A DNA stretch of 64,000 nt from Camelus ferus (Eukaryota). Shown in pieces: positions 51,077 to 64,000 of the stretch. The number at the start of each line of letters is the position of its first letter. The stretch's first letter is position 1. A program made the translations under genes and the position numbers. The notes below the pieces were generated by a model. It saw only the letters and a list, made by a program, of their open reading frames with translations, did no database searches and was not told the origin of the DNA. The stretch lies in contig NC_045696.1 of NCBI RefSeq assembly GCF_009834535.1, positions 98,768,001 to 98,832,000 of the forward strand, written 5' to 3'.

Positions 51077-51544
51077 CTGTCCAGGAGTGGTTTTTGGTTT
51101 TTTTCAGCCATGTTCCTCATCCATCAATAAAATCTGTTTGCTTATTTATTTATTTAGTTTTATATTTTCTTCATCTAGGTCTCTTTTTTTATGGTTAATT
51201 TCTTCCCTAGGTTAGTTAGAATTTTGTCAACCAACAAAAGTACTAAAGCTTTTTTTTTTGGCCTGTGTGTAAAACATACGGGTGTGTGAATGCACATGGG
51301 TACATGTGTGTAATATATATCTATAGTTTTGGGACATTTATTAGTGTTCAGACAATGTACTAAAATGACAATGAAAGATGATTTGAATTATAATCGCTTT
51401 GGTTTTCAAGATATAAAAGCTGTCACATTCAGGATTCTGGCAGAAAACAGCACACCCTAAATTTTTCATTGATGAAAGTTTAATAGTCTGTTTACAGAGG
51501 AGTTAACAGGTTTAAAGGAACATGGTTGAGTTGGGGAGGCACTC

Positions 51545-52485
51545 AAGTGAAAGATCAAAATAAACATTTTTCATACATGCAGAAACTCGTAAAGTTTATC
51601 ACCATGAACACTGTGACAAAAATTGAGAATGTACATTAGCAAATCAAGTAATATCCCTGGAAAAGGAAAATGTTGGAAAAAGAGTAAAGGAAAAATAATT
51701 TCATAAAATGAATAATTGAAATAAATGATTTATGCTACCCTTTAAAAATCATGTTTTCATAATATTATTCATAATAGTCCAAATTATTACATCTCAGTGG
51801 TGACAGATATGAAGGATGACTAGAGGTAGTTAAGGTTCTCATCTTATGGTAGGGAATAAACTGATATAGCTAAATCTAAATATCAGTAGAAAATGAGTTG
51901 AAATATGTGTATTAGGATTTTAAGGATATACACTAGGCAGAGAGAAATAGGGTTTACAATTTCAACCCATCAACAGTGGGAAAAAAACAGCAAATAATGT
52001 TCAAATGAAAGAAGAAAGAAGTCGAGGAAATCTCAGCAAAAGAAAGAAGAATATGGGTAATATAAGACAAAATGATATGGCAGGGAAAAATCAAGCACTA
52101 TAATTCACAAAAAATAGATTAAATTCTCCAAGTCAAAAGTTTAAGAAAATGTAGTTATAAGCTTCTTTAAAGGATAAGCATCTAAAAAAATAATTGATTG
52201 TAGTTAAGTACTCAGCAAATGCTAACTCAAAGAAAGCAGTTATATTAATATTGAGATTGGACAAAAGAAATTTAAGGTGAAATTTATTAAAAGGGAAAAA
52301 GAGGTACATTGGGTACTGACAAAGTTATGAACCAGTACAATATGCAAAAGTCATGAAATTTTGCTCTACAACTTTGGAAGTTTTCAAAGTAAAAACCAAT
52401 TCAATCACCGGGAAACTGATCATTTTATAGTCATAGTAGGAGAAATCGAGTGACTAGGTGACTAAAAGTCAAGAAAGATAAAAAT
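51545..52485 (+). mobile_element. Old L1: ORF1 end to ORF2 endonuclease region
   Basis: aataaacattttt...cagaaactc, tagattaaattctccaagtcaaaag, gcaaatgctaactcaaagaaagcag, atagtcatagtaggaga. Confidence 0.65.
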
Positions 52486-52486
52486 C

Positions 52487-52660
52487 AAGAGTAGCAAATA
52501 TTTTCTGCAAAGGGCTAGATAGGAAATATTTTAGACTTTGAGGACCATGTGGTCTCTGTCACTCAACTCAACTCAACTCTGCCGTGGTAATGTGAAAGCA
52601 ACCAAAAAGTAATATAGAAATGAATGGGCATGGCTGTGTTCCAATAAAACTTTATTGACA
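52487..52660. mobile_element. MER58A (hAT-Charlie), truncated
   Basis: gcaaatattttctgcaaagggctagatagg...caactctgccgtgg...aatgaatgggcatggctgtgttccaataaaactttatt. Confidence 0.85.
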
Positions 52661-52661
52661 T

Positions 52662-53217
52662 CGGTTGGGAAGGAAAAATAAAGTTCCCTCTACCCTCTGA
52701 GTTCTTGGCTGAGCCTTTCTGTAGTAAAGCACAGATTACCAGAGGGAAAAGAAACGGAAGTTTATTAACAGGTACCTCTCACATGCACATGGGAGATACC
52801 CAGGGAAAAAGGAGTGACCCAAGGAGGTGGCTTAGAATTTTGACTTAAATACCATCTTAATAGGGAAGGAGGAGAGGGATGTGGGCCTCTTAGGGGCGAG
52901 AAGATGATTGCTAGGAAAGATGAATGGCCCCTTGAAAGAATATTTGGGAGGTGTGATAGTTCATGACAAAGTTTGTCTGGGGGTGGTGTCAACTTCTAGT
53001 ATCTTCTGTGAGAACAGTCAATCCCCCCTGGTTGATGAAAGCTCTGAGAGGGGATCTATGACAAATGAGTTCCTTTGGGAAGCTCTGTCTTTAGATAGCG
53101 AAAGGGAGTTCAGAGAAAGCCTCTCTCTGCATCTGCTGTTTTTCAAGTGCCTGCAGCTCAAAATAATCAGCACAGCAAAGTGGCGTATTTTAGGGTGGCA
53201 TATCCTGAATTCCCGCA
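52662..53217 (-). mobile_element. ERV1 solo LTR, MER34/MER39-family
   Basis: ggaaaaataaagttccctctaccctct...aagtttattaac...cagctcaaaataatc...aaagtggcgtattttagggtggcatatcctg; near-TSD gacat/gtcat. Confidence 0.85.
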
Positions 53218-54059
53218 GTCATGTTTTGGGGAAACCCTCTAGGATTTCATAGTGCAAAGCCCCTTTCACCTCTTGCAGGGGCCTGATGGCTCCGCTGGTC
53301 CCCCTTCTCCTGAAGACTCCGTCCAGATATCCGGATGCCATTCTGACCAGAGTCACCGTGCTGGGTCCAACCATAGTGATGACCAAGGCTGCCTCAGGGG
53401 AGAGAAGACACCGCCCTGGAGATGAGAGCAACTGCTCCCACTGCCCCAAAGTAGTATGTGTAAACTACTTGCATTACTAGGAATACTGAGTCTGGATTGA
53501 TTGGACGGTATTACACATAATCTCTTTAGGTTTGTAATCCTGTAGGAAATGTAATGAGGTTCTCGCATGTTATGACAGTCAGTGGAGTGACTGCCACAGG
53601 CTCAGTCAGTCTTAGGCCGCTCTGACATTGACACACGCACATCTCTGGTCCTTTGTCAGTGGATGTGCTTTTCCATCCACTGCAGCTGTCCACTCTGAAG
53701 ACGCACGATTTGCATGCTTCCAATTTCTCAGAAGAGTGTCTGATATTCTAGGGGACACATATTCAAGCTGTCCGAGTGGTCTCAGAATAATTTCTTCCAC
53801 ACTTAAGACTTAAGGTGAAGGAATGGGTGGTCCTCAGCATCCAACAACAAATCTCTCCAGAAAAAGCCTTCCCTGCACTCCATTAGCCTCCCTCTGGCTG
53901 AAGTCTGAGTGGGCTGGAGGTGGTCGATGGGCAAACTGCAAAGTTGACTTTAAGGCCCTCCTTTGCTCTCATAGTAGAATGTGAAAGTACTTTCCTACTG
54001 ATTTTTTTTTAACTCAGCCAAACCTGAGGTAGAAAGAAGTCCAATATAACATTTGTTAC

Positions 54060-54400
54060 AAAAAAATTTTTCGGTAGCCATGGAAATTTCATTTTTAAAA
54101 AAGACCATGGAATATGTAACATGAAGAAAATCTAATGAAGACCCCAAATCAGAAATCAGTCAGGCTACATTTCAGGCAATAACCTGTGACAATAAAGTAA
54201 AATATTTATTTCGATATTAAGAAGACTTCTCTAAGTAACCCTTGGGTTAACTTGGGAGATTAAAGCTAAAATTAAATTCTAATTAGAAATGAACAATGAG
54301 AACATGACCTGGTTCATCATGTGAATGTGATTGAAATGCTACACAGAGGAAAATATATAGCCCTTAAAGCATTTATTAGAAAACAAACAGAACTGAAAGG
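54060..54400 (+). mobile_element. Old L1 ORF2 fragment, continuation of 51545-52485
   Basis: cttctctaagtaacccttgggtt, ttagaaatgaacaatgagaacatgac, gaggaaaatatatagcccttaaagcatttattagaaaa (RGKYIALKAFIRK). Confidence 0.75.
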
Positions 54401-55538
54401 AAGTGTAAATAGATGCTCTGGGACAGAAAGTAAAAGACAGGCCTGGCTGGGCTGGAGCAATGTGCTGTCAGATTACACCTGCACGTGGCGCTGCACGTGG
54501 CTGGTTGTCATAGTAACAGCCGAGATAAAAAAAGGTGGACTAAGAGGAGCGAGATTGAGTCCACATTGTACCTCCCTCCTCAAGATTGCAAGAAAACACT
54601 GATCTTCTTAAACACCTGATGGGATACAACGCCCATTAAAAGAATGATTAAATTTGGTCAGTATTTTCTCATATTCCTGACCCGAAGCCATTCGACAGTT
54701 AAAAATAAAACAAAAGAGTCAGAACATATAAAAGTGACCTTGCAATTGGATAAAATGGAATTGAATTGGTTTAAGTAAAATACCAAGCAGATTGCAGTTA
54801 AATGAAATGTTGATGTCTAAAGTTAAGTAATTCTGTCCTAATTTACTCTGCTGTAATAAAACATTTAAGCATACACATTATGGATATAAGGTCACCCACT
54901 GTTTTGAGTCTCCCAAAAAGAACTTCATAGCTAAGTTATAAATTAATTTAAAAGGTTTTATAAAATTGTAAATGTTTTGCTGAGCCTTTAGAAATGCTTT
55001 CATGGGAAATTACTAAGAATGCAATAAAAATATTTTCAACAGGCTTAAACTGGCAATTTAAACTTTTCCAGCATGAAAGATGATTACCTTTCAAAATCAG
55101 CTCAGCATTTGAATTTTTTTTTTAAAAAAGATTTGAATCCATTCAATAAATAATAAATAAATTAAATAATTTCTCAAGATATTGTTGCTTTCCTTTCCCC
55201 CTTCCTATACTTAGTAGAAATTTTGAATGATTTCAAGAAAACAAAACCAATGTACACTCCTTTGAGATTAAGGCAAAGTTGATTTTTAAACTTCAGGGTT
55301 AGGTCTATTTTATGTTGATTTAATTGTGTCTTATTCACAAGTTTAAATGTCCAGTCACATTCTGTTCCATTTTTGATGACTGCTAGTAGGAATTCCTTCC
55401 AAATACAACACTGATTGTTATGACAATGCAAAGCAGAAAAATGAGTCTCACTTTGCCAATGAATCAAAAAATATATATCTATATTTAAGAATTATACATA
55501 ACTATAATAAGTAATTTAATTAATTAATAATGAATGGA

Positions 55539-56000
55539 TACTCAGCTCTAAAAAAGAATGAAACATTGACATTTGCAGCAACACATGCATGGACCTGGAG
55601 ATCATCATACCAAGTGAGGTAAGCCAGAAAGAGAAAGAACAATACATACAATATCACTCATATATGGAATCTAAAAACATGATGCAAATGAACCTATTGA
55701 CAAAACAGAAATAGACTCACAGACATAGAAAACAATTTTATGGTTATCAAAAGGGAAAGGGGGTGGAGAGGGATAAATTAGGTGTGTGGGATTAACAGAT
55801 ACAAACTACTATATATAAAATAGATAAACAGCAAGGATTTATTACTGCATAGCACAGGGAACTATATTCAGTATCTTGTACTGGAAAGGAATATGAAATA
55901 TATATATATATATATATATCTGAATCACCTTGCTGTACACCTGAAACTAACACGATATTTTAAATCAATTATACTTCAATAAGAAAGGAAAATATAAAAA
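55539..56000 (+). mobile_element. 5'-truncated lineage-recent L1 with 13-bp TSD
   Basis: L1 3'UTR (gcatggacctggagatcatcatac, cacagggaactatattca); TSD aataatgaatgga at 55526-55538 and 56001-56013. Confidence 0.95.
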
Positions 56001-57399
56001 AATAATGAATGGAGTGGTTTAGATTTATTCTCTGTTTCGCTCTCTCCAGATTGGAAGGGAGGGAGATATAAGTTCTACCAAGGGGAAGAATGTTCAGAAA
56101 GACCCCGTAGAATGCAAAAGGCTTGAAATAAATCTAGAATGGCATGGTGGTGTTTGCCAGATGGGCAACAAGACTATGTGCACAGGTGCCCCTTCTCACC
56201 AGCTCCATCCTTTCCAGTTAAAGAAGGAAGATTAGGATTATAGAGACAATGACTATGTTCCAAGTGGAGTAAATTACTTTGGGCATGTCTTTTGACCTCC
56301 TAGATACAACTCTTATATTGGATAAAGCATCACACAAGGGAATCATTTTCACTAGGGTGTGTTAAATGTTGGTTCATGCAGATTAATTCTGCTGGCATTC
56401 AGTTTGTAGCTGTACAGTTGTTTATTCATTACTGTAATTGTTACCATACTACATTCATTGAAACTCATGGTCAGTTAACAGTGCTTTTCACCCTGTCAGG
56501 AAAGGGTAAATAACAGCACACTAATAACAGTTTTGAAAGTAAGAACTGACAGGAGTGGAAGGGCCACAGAAAGTAGAAAAGTCATAAAAATACACAAAGA
56601 TGGTTTACAAAGCAGAAGGGGAATATTTATTTGAAAATTTAATAAAATATAGAATATCTACCCAAAAGTGGGCTCTAAATAATTTATCATATTTAGAATA
56701 TAGTCTTCTAAATTTAGCATTTTTTTTTAAGAATGTTTAATTAAAAATTTCATATGAGTAAGGAAATTTCACCATGAATTGAAGTCATCACCATGAATTC
56801 TAATAAAAGTCTTGTGAAGAATTTTTAATCCTCTGTGGCTTTACCCCTATGCATCTCCTTGCATCTTTCCTTCTTGGACATAACTTTGGTCAATCTGAGT
56901 TTTGTTTCAATATTTTCTTGCTAAAATCTGCATCTTTCTTTCTCTTCTTGAAAATCATCTGACATCAAAGCATTTTTACTTGTATTGAAAACCCTTATCA
57001 ACTGCTGTTTGTTTCTCTCTGGTAACATCACCAATCCCCCGGGATCTAGGCAATCTTAGCGGGATATATTTCTTTCCCATGTTCTTCTGCTCTATTTCCT
57101 GCAGCGCCTGATGAAAAACAGATTTGAAAGTTCATAATAGAACAGAGGTCAACATGAAAGACTCTAGGATCCTGGCCTTTGGGTTTTGCTTCTGGTCTTT
57201 ATTATTATAACAAACAGTTAGTTGAACTATTATTTTCCATGTCATGTAAAAAATACGAGAATGACAGCCTTTTCTTTTTAATCATAGATCAAGATTTTCA
57301 AATATGTAAGAAGAGATAGAAGGGGAAAATATAACAGTAACACAAAATAATCAAAATGAGCTGGAACATTCTTACGTTTCTAAATAAACAACAAGCATA

Positions 57400-57860
57400 C
57401 CAACCAAGTCAACGCCCTTCTCCTTCTCTCCTGTTTTGACCCAGAAGTTGTCTTCTAACAGTCTGAGGCCAATGCCTCTGCTTGTGCTTTAGATTCTATC
57501 CCCCACTGTATCATCTGGGGACATACAGTGAGCATTTTCTCTTTTTCTTTTCTCCATTTCAAAGGAAAAGCCAGGCTCGGCCCATCTCCGCAGCCCCCGC
57601 AGCTCCTGCCTAACTCTCTCCTCTTCTCCACGTTTTATTATAAGGGGAGGGGGTCATTCTCCTCACTTCATCTCTCACCTTCCTCTCCCTCCTTAACCCC
57701 CTCCAGTCTGCTTCTATCAGCATCTCACTACCCAGGTAACTCTGACTAAAGTCACCACAGCCAAAGGCCATTTTTCAATGCTCCTTTCGGCAGCAGTCAA
57801 AGAGAAGGACCCACCTTTCTTCTTGAAATACTCTCACCCTGGGCATCAGAATCCTCCATG
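57400..57860 (+). mobile_element. L2 fragment
   Basis: ccttaaccccctccagtctgcttcta, aagtcacca, ctttcttcttgaaatactctc. Confidence 0.65.
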
Positions 57861-58034
57861 AGGGGACAAAAAGTTATATTAATTTTATCTCCTTCCTGCA
57901 GATCTCCCCCTCCCATCCCCTTCTTCCCCTTTGTATTGTCCTCCCCCTCAATCTGAGAAATCCTAGACTCCTACTTCAGTATCCTCTGGGATTTAGAGAT
58001 GTATGAACTGTCAAAGAGGAGAAAGGCAATAGAT

Positions 58035-58230
58035 AGATACAAACTTCTATATATAAAGTAGATAAACAACAAGGTCCTACTGTACAACACAGGGAACTAC
58101 ATTCAATATCTTATAATAACCTATAATGAAAAAGAATATGAAAAAGAATATACATATGTATAACTGAATCATTTTGCTATACACCAGAAACTAACACAAT
58201 GTTGTAAATCAACTAAACGTCAATAAAAAA
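58035..58230 (+). mobile_element. Short 5'-truncated L1 3' end with 15-bp TSD
   Basis: agataaacaacaaggtcctactgtacaacacagggaact...caataaaaaa; TSD agaaaggcaatagat at 58020-58034 and 58231-58245. Confidence 0.95.
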
Positions 58231-58509
58231 AGAAAGGCAATAGATGGGCTCACTAAAATAGACATGATACTACAGAAGAGAGAAGAGGTATTTATATAAG
58301 AGGGTGGACAGATAGGAATGAGAAGAAAAAAGTCAAATATTTTCTTTGTGAACAAAATAGCTGTATCTTTTATATCAAGCTTTCTCACTCTGAGTAGGAT
58401 GGAAAACTCTTGAAATGTTTTAAGAATGAGACAGTGGAGCAGGTTCACTCTGATGGAAATGGAGACAGATTAGAAAGGAATTTGATTGAATATTTAACAA
58501 TTAACCAAA

Positions 58510-61500
58510 GGGTTATTGGTTATCTTTCATGGTGGAGTAGGAAGATCCTGGACCCACCTCCTCCCACAAACACACCAAAAGTACAACTACATAGAGAGAT
58601 TATCTCTGAGGACAACCTGAAAACTCACAGAAAGTATTTCCACAACTAAAGACTGAGACAAGTGATGAAGGGGTCATCTGTCCAGGACCCATACCTTCAG
58701 TGTGTAACCGTGGTTGGATGAGAGATCACAGCCTCGGGGGTCCTCCCTGAGGAGTGAAGGCTCCCAATTCCACGTCAGGCTCCCAGCCCGGGGACCCTGC
58801 ACCAGGAAGATGATCCCCTATAATGTTTGACTTTGAAAACTCAGGAGGCTTATGTCTGAGGCTGTAGGAAACCAAGACTCTGCTTTTAAAAGACTTGTGC
58901 AAAAAAGCCACTCACTCTGAGCCCCAGTGCAGAGGCAGCAGTCTGAAAAGCACTTGGGTCATAGATGAAGGGGATTCATTGACTAGTTTTAGGGAAAGTG
59001 AGGAGGGGAAAGGATCTGTTAGAGCCTTCTCTGGCTGCAAAGCAGCTAGAGGGCATGCTTGTCTTTAGCGGGGAGGGCTCACGTTCTGGCTGGCTGACCT
59101 GGGGCCAGCAGGTGCTGTCTCTGACCCTCCCCATCTAACTGACTGGCACTGCTTGCTCTCCCTGGAGTCACTTGTGGGCCCAACCCAGCTGGCACTCCTC
59201 CAAAGAGTTCCTTCTGCCCCACCAGTTCTGGTGAGAGCCCCTGACCAGGACTAGAGCTTCTCCAAAACAAGTCCCCACCCCGAGTTACTACCCATCCTTG
59301 TCAAAATATTCCAGGCATTTTGAATAGGAAGGTACACTTCCAAACTAATTCTACAAGGCCAGCCATTACCCTGATACCAAAACCAGAAAAGTCTCCACAA
59401 AAAAAGAAAGTTATAGGTCCATATCCCTGATGAACATAGATGCAAACGTTCTCAACAAAATATTAGCAAACCAAATTCAACAATACATTAAAAGGATGGT
59501 ACATCGTGATCAAGTTGGACTTATTCCAGGGAAGCAAGTATGGTTCAATATCTGTAAATCAGTCAGTGTGATACATCACATTAACAAAATGAAGACTAAA
59601 AATCATATGATCTCAATAGATGCAGGAAAAGTTTTTAACAAAATTCAACATCCATTTATGACAAAAACTTTGAACAAAGTGGGTATGGATGAAACAAACC
59701 TCAACATAATAAAGGCCATACATGACAAACCCAGAACTAACATCATACTCAGTGGTGAAAAGCTGAACAATTTCCTCTACAATTAGGAACTACGCAAGGA
59801 TGCTCACACTCGTCACTTTTACTCAAATCATGCAAGAAAAGAAAAGAAATAAATGGAACCGAAACTGAAAAGAAAGAATTAAAAACTGTCACTGTTTGCA
59901 GATGACATGATACCGTATATGGAAAATCTTAAAGATTACCCCCCAAAATTACAACTAATAAATGAACTCAGTAAAGCTGCAGGATGCAAAATTAATACAT
60001 AGAAATCTGTTGCATTTCTATACACTAATAATGATATATCATAAAGAGAACTTAAGTAAACAACCCCATTTACAACTGCATCGAAAAGAATAAAATACCC
60101 AGGAATAAACTTAACCAAGGAGGTAAAATACCTATATTCCGAAAACTGTAAAAGATTGATGAAGGAAAGATGTGAAGATGACATGAAGATGACACAAATG
60201 AGTGGAAAGATTTATTGTGCTCATGGACTGAAATAATTCATACTGTCAAAGCATCCTTACTACCCAAAGCAGTCCGCAGGATTCAATGAAATCCTTAACA
60301 AAATGGCAATGGCGTTTTCCACAGAGCTAGAACAAATAATCCTCAAGTTTTTATGGAACTATTAAGACCTTAATAGCCAAGAAAATCTTGAGAAAGATCA
60401 AAGCTAGAGATAATACACTCCCTGATTTCAATCTATCCTACAAAGCTATGGGAATCAAATAGTATGGCACTGGCACAGAAACAGACATAGATCAATGGAA
60501 TAGAATAGAGTCCAGAAATAAACACGTGCTTATACTGTCAATTTATCTATGACAAAGGAGGCAAGAACATACAATGGGGAAAGACAGCCTTTTCAATAAA
60601 TGGTGTTTAGAAAACTGGACAGGTACATGCAAAAGAAGCAAACTGGATTATTTTCTCACACCATATACAAAAATAAACCCAAAATGAGTTGAAGACTTAA
60701 ATATAAGACCTAAAACCATAAAACTCCTAGAAGAAAACATAGGCAGTCCACTCACTGACATCAGTCTTATCAATAGTTTTGGGGATCTGTCTCCTCAGGC
60801 AAGGACAATGAAAGCAAAAATAAACAAATCAGACTATATCAAACTATAGGTTTTGGACAGCATAGTAGATCATCAACAAAATGAAAAGGCAACCTACTGA
60901 ATGGGAGAAGATATTTGCAAATATGTCTGATAAAGAATCAATATCCTAATTACCTAAAGAAACCATACAACTCAATATAAAAGAACAACCTGATTTAAAA
61001 ATGGTAGAGGATCTGAATAAATGTCTCTCCAAAGAAGACATAGAAATATCCAACAGACACATGAAAAGATGCTCAACATCACTAATTATCAGGGAAATGC
61101 AAATCAAAACCACAATGAGATATCACCGCACATCTGTCAAAATAGCTGTCATCAAAAGAATACAAATAACAAATGTCGGTGAGCATGTGGAGAAAAGGGA
61201 ATCTTGCACACTGTTGTTGGGAATGTAAGTTGGTTTGGGCACTGTGAAAAAAAGTATGGAGGTTTCTCAAAAAACTAAAAGTGGAACTACTATATGATCT
61301 AGCAATTCCACTCCTGGTTATATATCGGGAAAAAACAAAAAAAAAAGCCGATAATTTGAAAGATATGTGCACCCCAATGTTCACAGCATTATTTACAATT
61401 GTCAAGATATGGAAACAATGGATGAATGCATAAAGAATGGAATACTACTCAGCATAAGAAGGAATGAAATCCTGACATTTGCAACAACTTGGATGGACCT

Positions 61501-61886
61501 GGAGATTGTCATACTGAGTAAGCCAGAAGGAGAAAAAAAATACTACATGATATCGCTTATATGTGGAATCTAAAAAGTAAAAGGTAAAACAAAATAGAAA
61601 CAGACTTATAAAGAATGAACTGGTTGCCAGAGGGGAGAGTGATGGTAGATTGGGTGAAATAGGGATTACGACATAAAAACTTCCAGTTATAAACTAAGTA
61701 ATTCATGGGGATGTAATACACAGCAGAAAGAACATAGTCTATAATACTGTAATAACTTTGTACAGTGACAGATGGTTACTAGACTTATCATGGTGGTCAT
61801 TTCATAATGATTGCTATGCTGTACATCTAAAACTAACAATATTTTATGTCAACTATACTTCAGTAAAAAATAAATAAAACATACAA
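58510..61886 (+). mobile_element. L1 with 5'UTR joined directly to mid-ORF2 (ORF1 and endonuclease missing), RT to 3'UTR and A-rich tail; disabled
   Basis: 5' start catggtggagtaggaagatcc; GC-rich UTR to ~59283; ORF2 motifs [47 protein letters not shown]; frameshifts and stops. Confidence 0.93.
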
Positions 61887-62327
61887 AATAATTAACTGGA
61901 TTTTTGGATATCTTCAAAGTTGTTGACACACTTACACATAAGGGATAGAGCTATTTTGAAAACATTCTTGATGGCTTGACTTTTTCTGCAGATAAACTTA
62001 TTTCTTCCCACGTCAGCATGGATTGGCTCTATGCTAATTACTTCTAAATACATGTTGCCAGCAGAGATCTATTTCTAAATGATGCACTCAGATATTCACC
62101 CCCTATTTGATATTTCCACCTAAATGTATAAACTGCTTTATTAAGTTCAAAACAGAACTCGTGATTTCTGTTGCATGTCTTCTCTCTCCTCCCCCAAAAC
62201 ACACTCTCTTCCTTATTCTTAAGGGTCATTTACCGTCCTGAATGCTGTCCCAGTCTATTGATTTGTTCCACAAGCCTTGGTCTTATCCAAGATGAGCCAT
62301 TAAAAGAAAAAAATAACACAATGTATA

Positions 62328-62580
62328 GTCCTGTGCCAGTTAGGATGTGTATGGCTACTAATGACAGGATATCTAACCAAAGCGGCTGAACAGTGAGGGA
62401 TTTATTACTTTGTCTGAGAAGTGGGAATGCCGCAGTTTCAAGGGTAACTGACTCAAAGGTATGACAGTGTCATCAGCCCACTCGTGATTTCCATTCCTCA
62501 GCATTTGGCGGTGCGGCCCCTTAAAAGCTGAAGGTGACTGGTGCAGTTCCAAACACCTGCGTGATCACAATGACAGTCTA
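62328..62580 (-). mobile_element. MLT1K/J-like LTR fragment
   Basis: tgtgccagttaggatg...ggctactaatgacagg...aagcggctgaacag...ggtgcagttccaaaca. Confidence 0.55.
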
Positions 62581-62669
62581 CTAAAAATTACACAGAAAAT
62601 AAAGGAATGGGGAAAAAAGGATGCTAGGTTCACACAATTCAAAAGAAACCTTATGCTGCAATATTAATC

Positions 62670-62800
62670 TCAAATGTATTGGCACTGATTCTGGAACAAA
62701 AGGGCTTGGGTTTGAATCATAGCCTTAGCAGACGTTTAGCTGTGTCATCTTGAGCAAATGATTTAACCTCTCTGTGCCTCTACTGCCTCTTCACTCCAAC
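62670..62800 (+). mobile_element. MIR SINE
   Basis: cttgggtttgaatc...tagctgtgtcatcttgagcaaatgatttaacctctctgtgcctc. Confidence 0.8.
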
Positions 62801-62859
62801 CAATGGATTCTTGTGGGGGTCACTCACAGAACATAGCAGGACGCAGGAGACCCTGGCCT

Positions 62860-63235
62860 GACAATAACTGTGCCACAGCCCCAGCCACTGTGCCTGATCT
62901 GGTAGGAAGACACGCTACCAGAGCCAGCCAGGACAATCAGAACCTTTACCTGGATTATTAAGTAAAGCCAAGGGGAAGGTCACCCCTTCCTCTGGAACTG
63001 CTGAGCATGCCACGACCTCACCTCCACTCTCCACCCCTAAGATATGGAGGAAGCTTTCTGCACTGAAGGCAGGATGAGAGCTCACACCAGAGAAAAGCTA
63101 AGATGAGAGATGACGAGAAAGAGGAAGGGTCCCGGTAACATGATGAGCATCTTACTCTGCGATCCCATGCACAGGGGCCACACTCCATGCTATTTCTGGC
63201 TCCGGCTAGATTGAAATGGATTTCACTGGCTTATG
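62860..63235 (+). mobile_element. MLT1K-like LTR fragment
   Basis: gccaggacaatcagaacc, agaaaagctaagatgagagatg, gggtcccggtaacatg. Confidence 0.5.
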
Positions 63236-64000
63236 GAGAGTAGTGCCGCTCAGCTCCACAGCTCGTAACTAGCTGATTGCAAACTCTGGCCTCGATTATC
63301 TAATTCACATAGTACTTAAATTCTTCCATCCGTGTATGAGCCTGACCTCTCTGTCTCCAAACTTGTAACAGTAGCCAAGGGACATGGACCAAGCAGAAGG
63401 AGGTGGACATTTGTAATTAAAGCATATGAAAATAGGTCACTGGTATTATCCTTGGATGCGTAAAATCACGGTAATCAGCTAGCATTGTGCCTAGTGCATA
63501 GTAGATGTTCAATGAAGATTTGTTTCCCCTGGTAAAAATTTTTGAAGATAATAGGAAAAAGGATATTATACATATACAGATACATTATATATATAGATAT
63601 GTTATCATCAGTAGTCTCTCAGTTTGAAATGCTAATATTTGAATTTGATGATAGGGGAAGTGGGCCTCTTCCCTGGTCTTTCAAAACTGAAGACGTTACT
63701 TATGTTCTTTATCATTTCAGAATGTGTCAGCGTAAGTAACCCGGCTTGAGTAGTATTAATGTACTGCTTTTCCAGCTCATTTTTATTTTATCATTTTCCT
63801 AATGCTCTCTCTTTAAAATTTATTTGCAATCTTGTACAGCATCATAAAATTTGAGTAATCTATACAATAGATTCAACCCCTTACTATAATGCCATATCAA
63901 TACATATATAAAACTCATGGATATAGTCTAGATGGGGTGGGGTAAATAGTGAAAGAGAGAGAAAGATGAAGATGAAATAAAATTGAAATTGAGGACTTTG

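Noticed and set aside
56769..56799. 12-bp direct repeat tcaccatgaatt with 7-bp spacer
   Set aside because: Only two units; local slippage duplication, not an array.
59430..59786. Reverse transcriptase ORF as an active retroelement or novel RT system
   Set aside because: Ordinary L1 ORF2 remnant with multiple stops and frameshifts; ORF1 and endonuclease absent.
1..64000. CRISPR arrays, operons or other prokaryotic systems
   Set aside because: Sequence is mammalian repeat-rich DNA; no regularly spaced repeats and no gene-dense coding regions.

Overview
Repeat-rich, AT-rich mammalian non-coding DNA (intergenic or deep intron). It is most likely camelid, because two short tRNA-derived SINEs match the camelid Vic-1 type and no Alu, Bov-tA, PRE-1 or B1 is seen. 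No intact protein-coding gene is recognisable, and the ORF track is almost entirely spurious or L1-derived. The one clear gene-derived feature is a full-length, disabled RPL9 processed pseudogene (47265-47951, +) inserted into an MLT1A-type LTR. The rest is a layered record of L1 (old and lineage-recent, several with TSDs), L2, MIR, MaLR (MLT1) and ERV1 LTRs, hAT DNA transposon relics (MER20, MER5A, MER58A) and probable ancient L4 and MamSINE1 copies. Repeat family names were assigned by eye from remembered consensus sequences and need RepeatMasker/Dfam confirmation. I found no convincing novel biological system. The points worth a second look are internally deleted or possibly spliced L1s, a twin-primed L1, a micro inverted triplication creating three TEAD-type motifs, an unexplained GC-rich block inside an L1, and repeat-poor, enhancer-like stretches.
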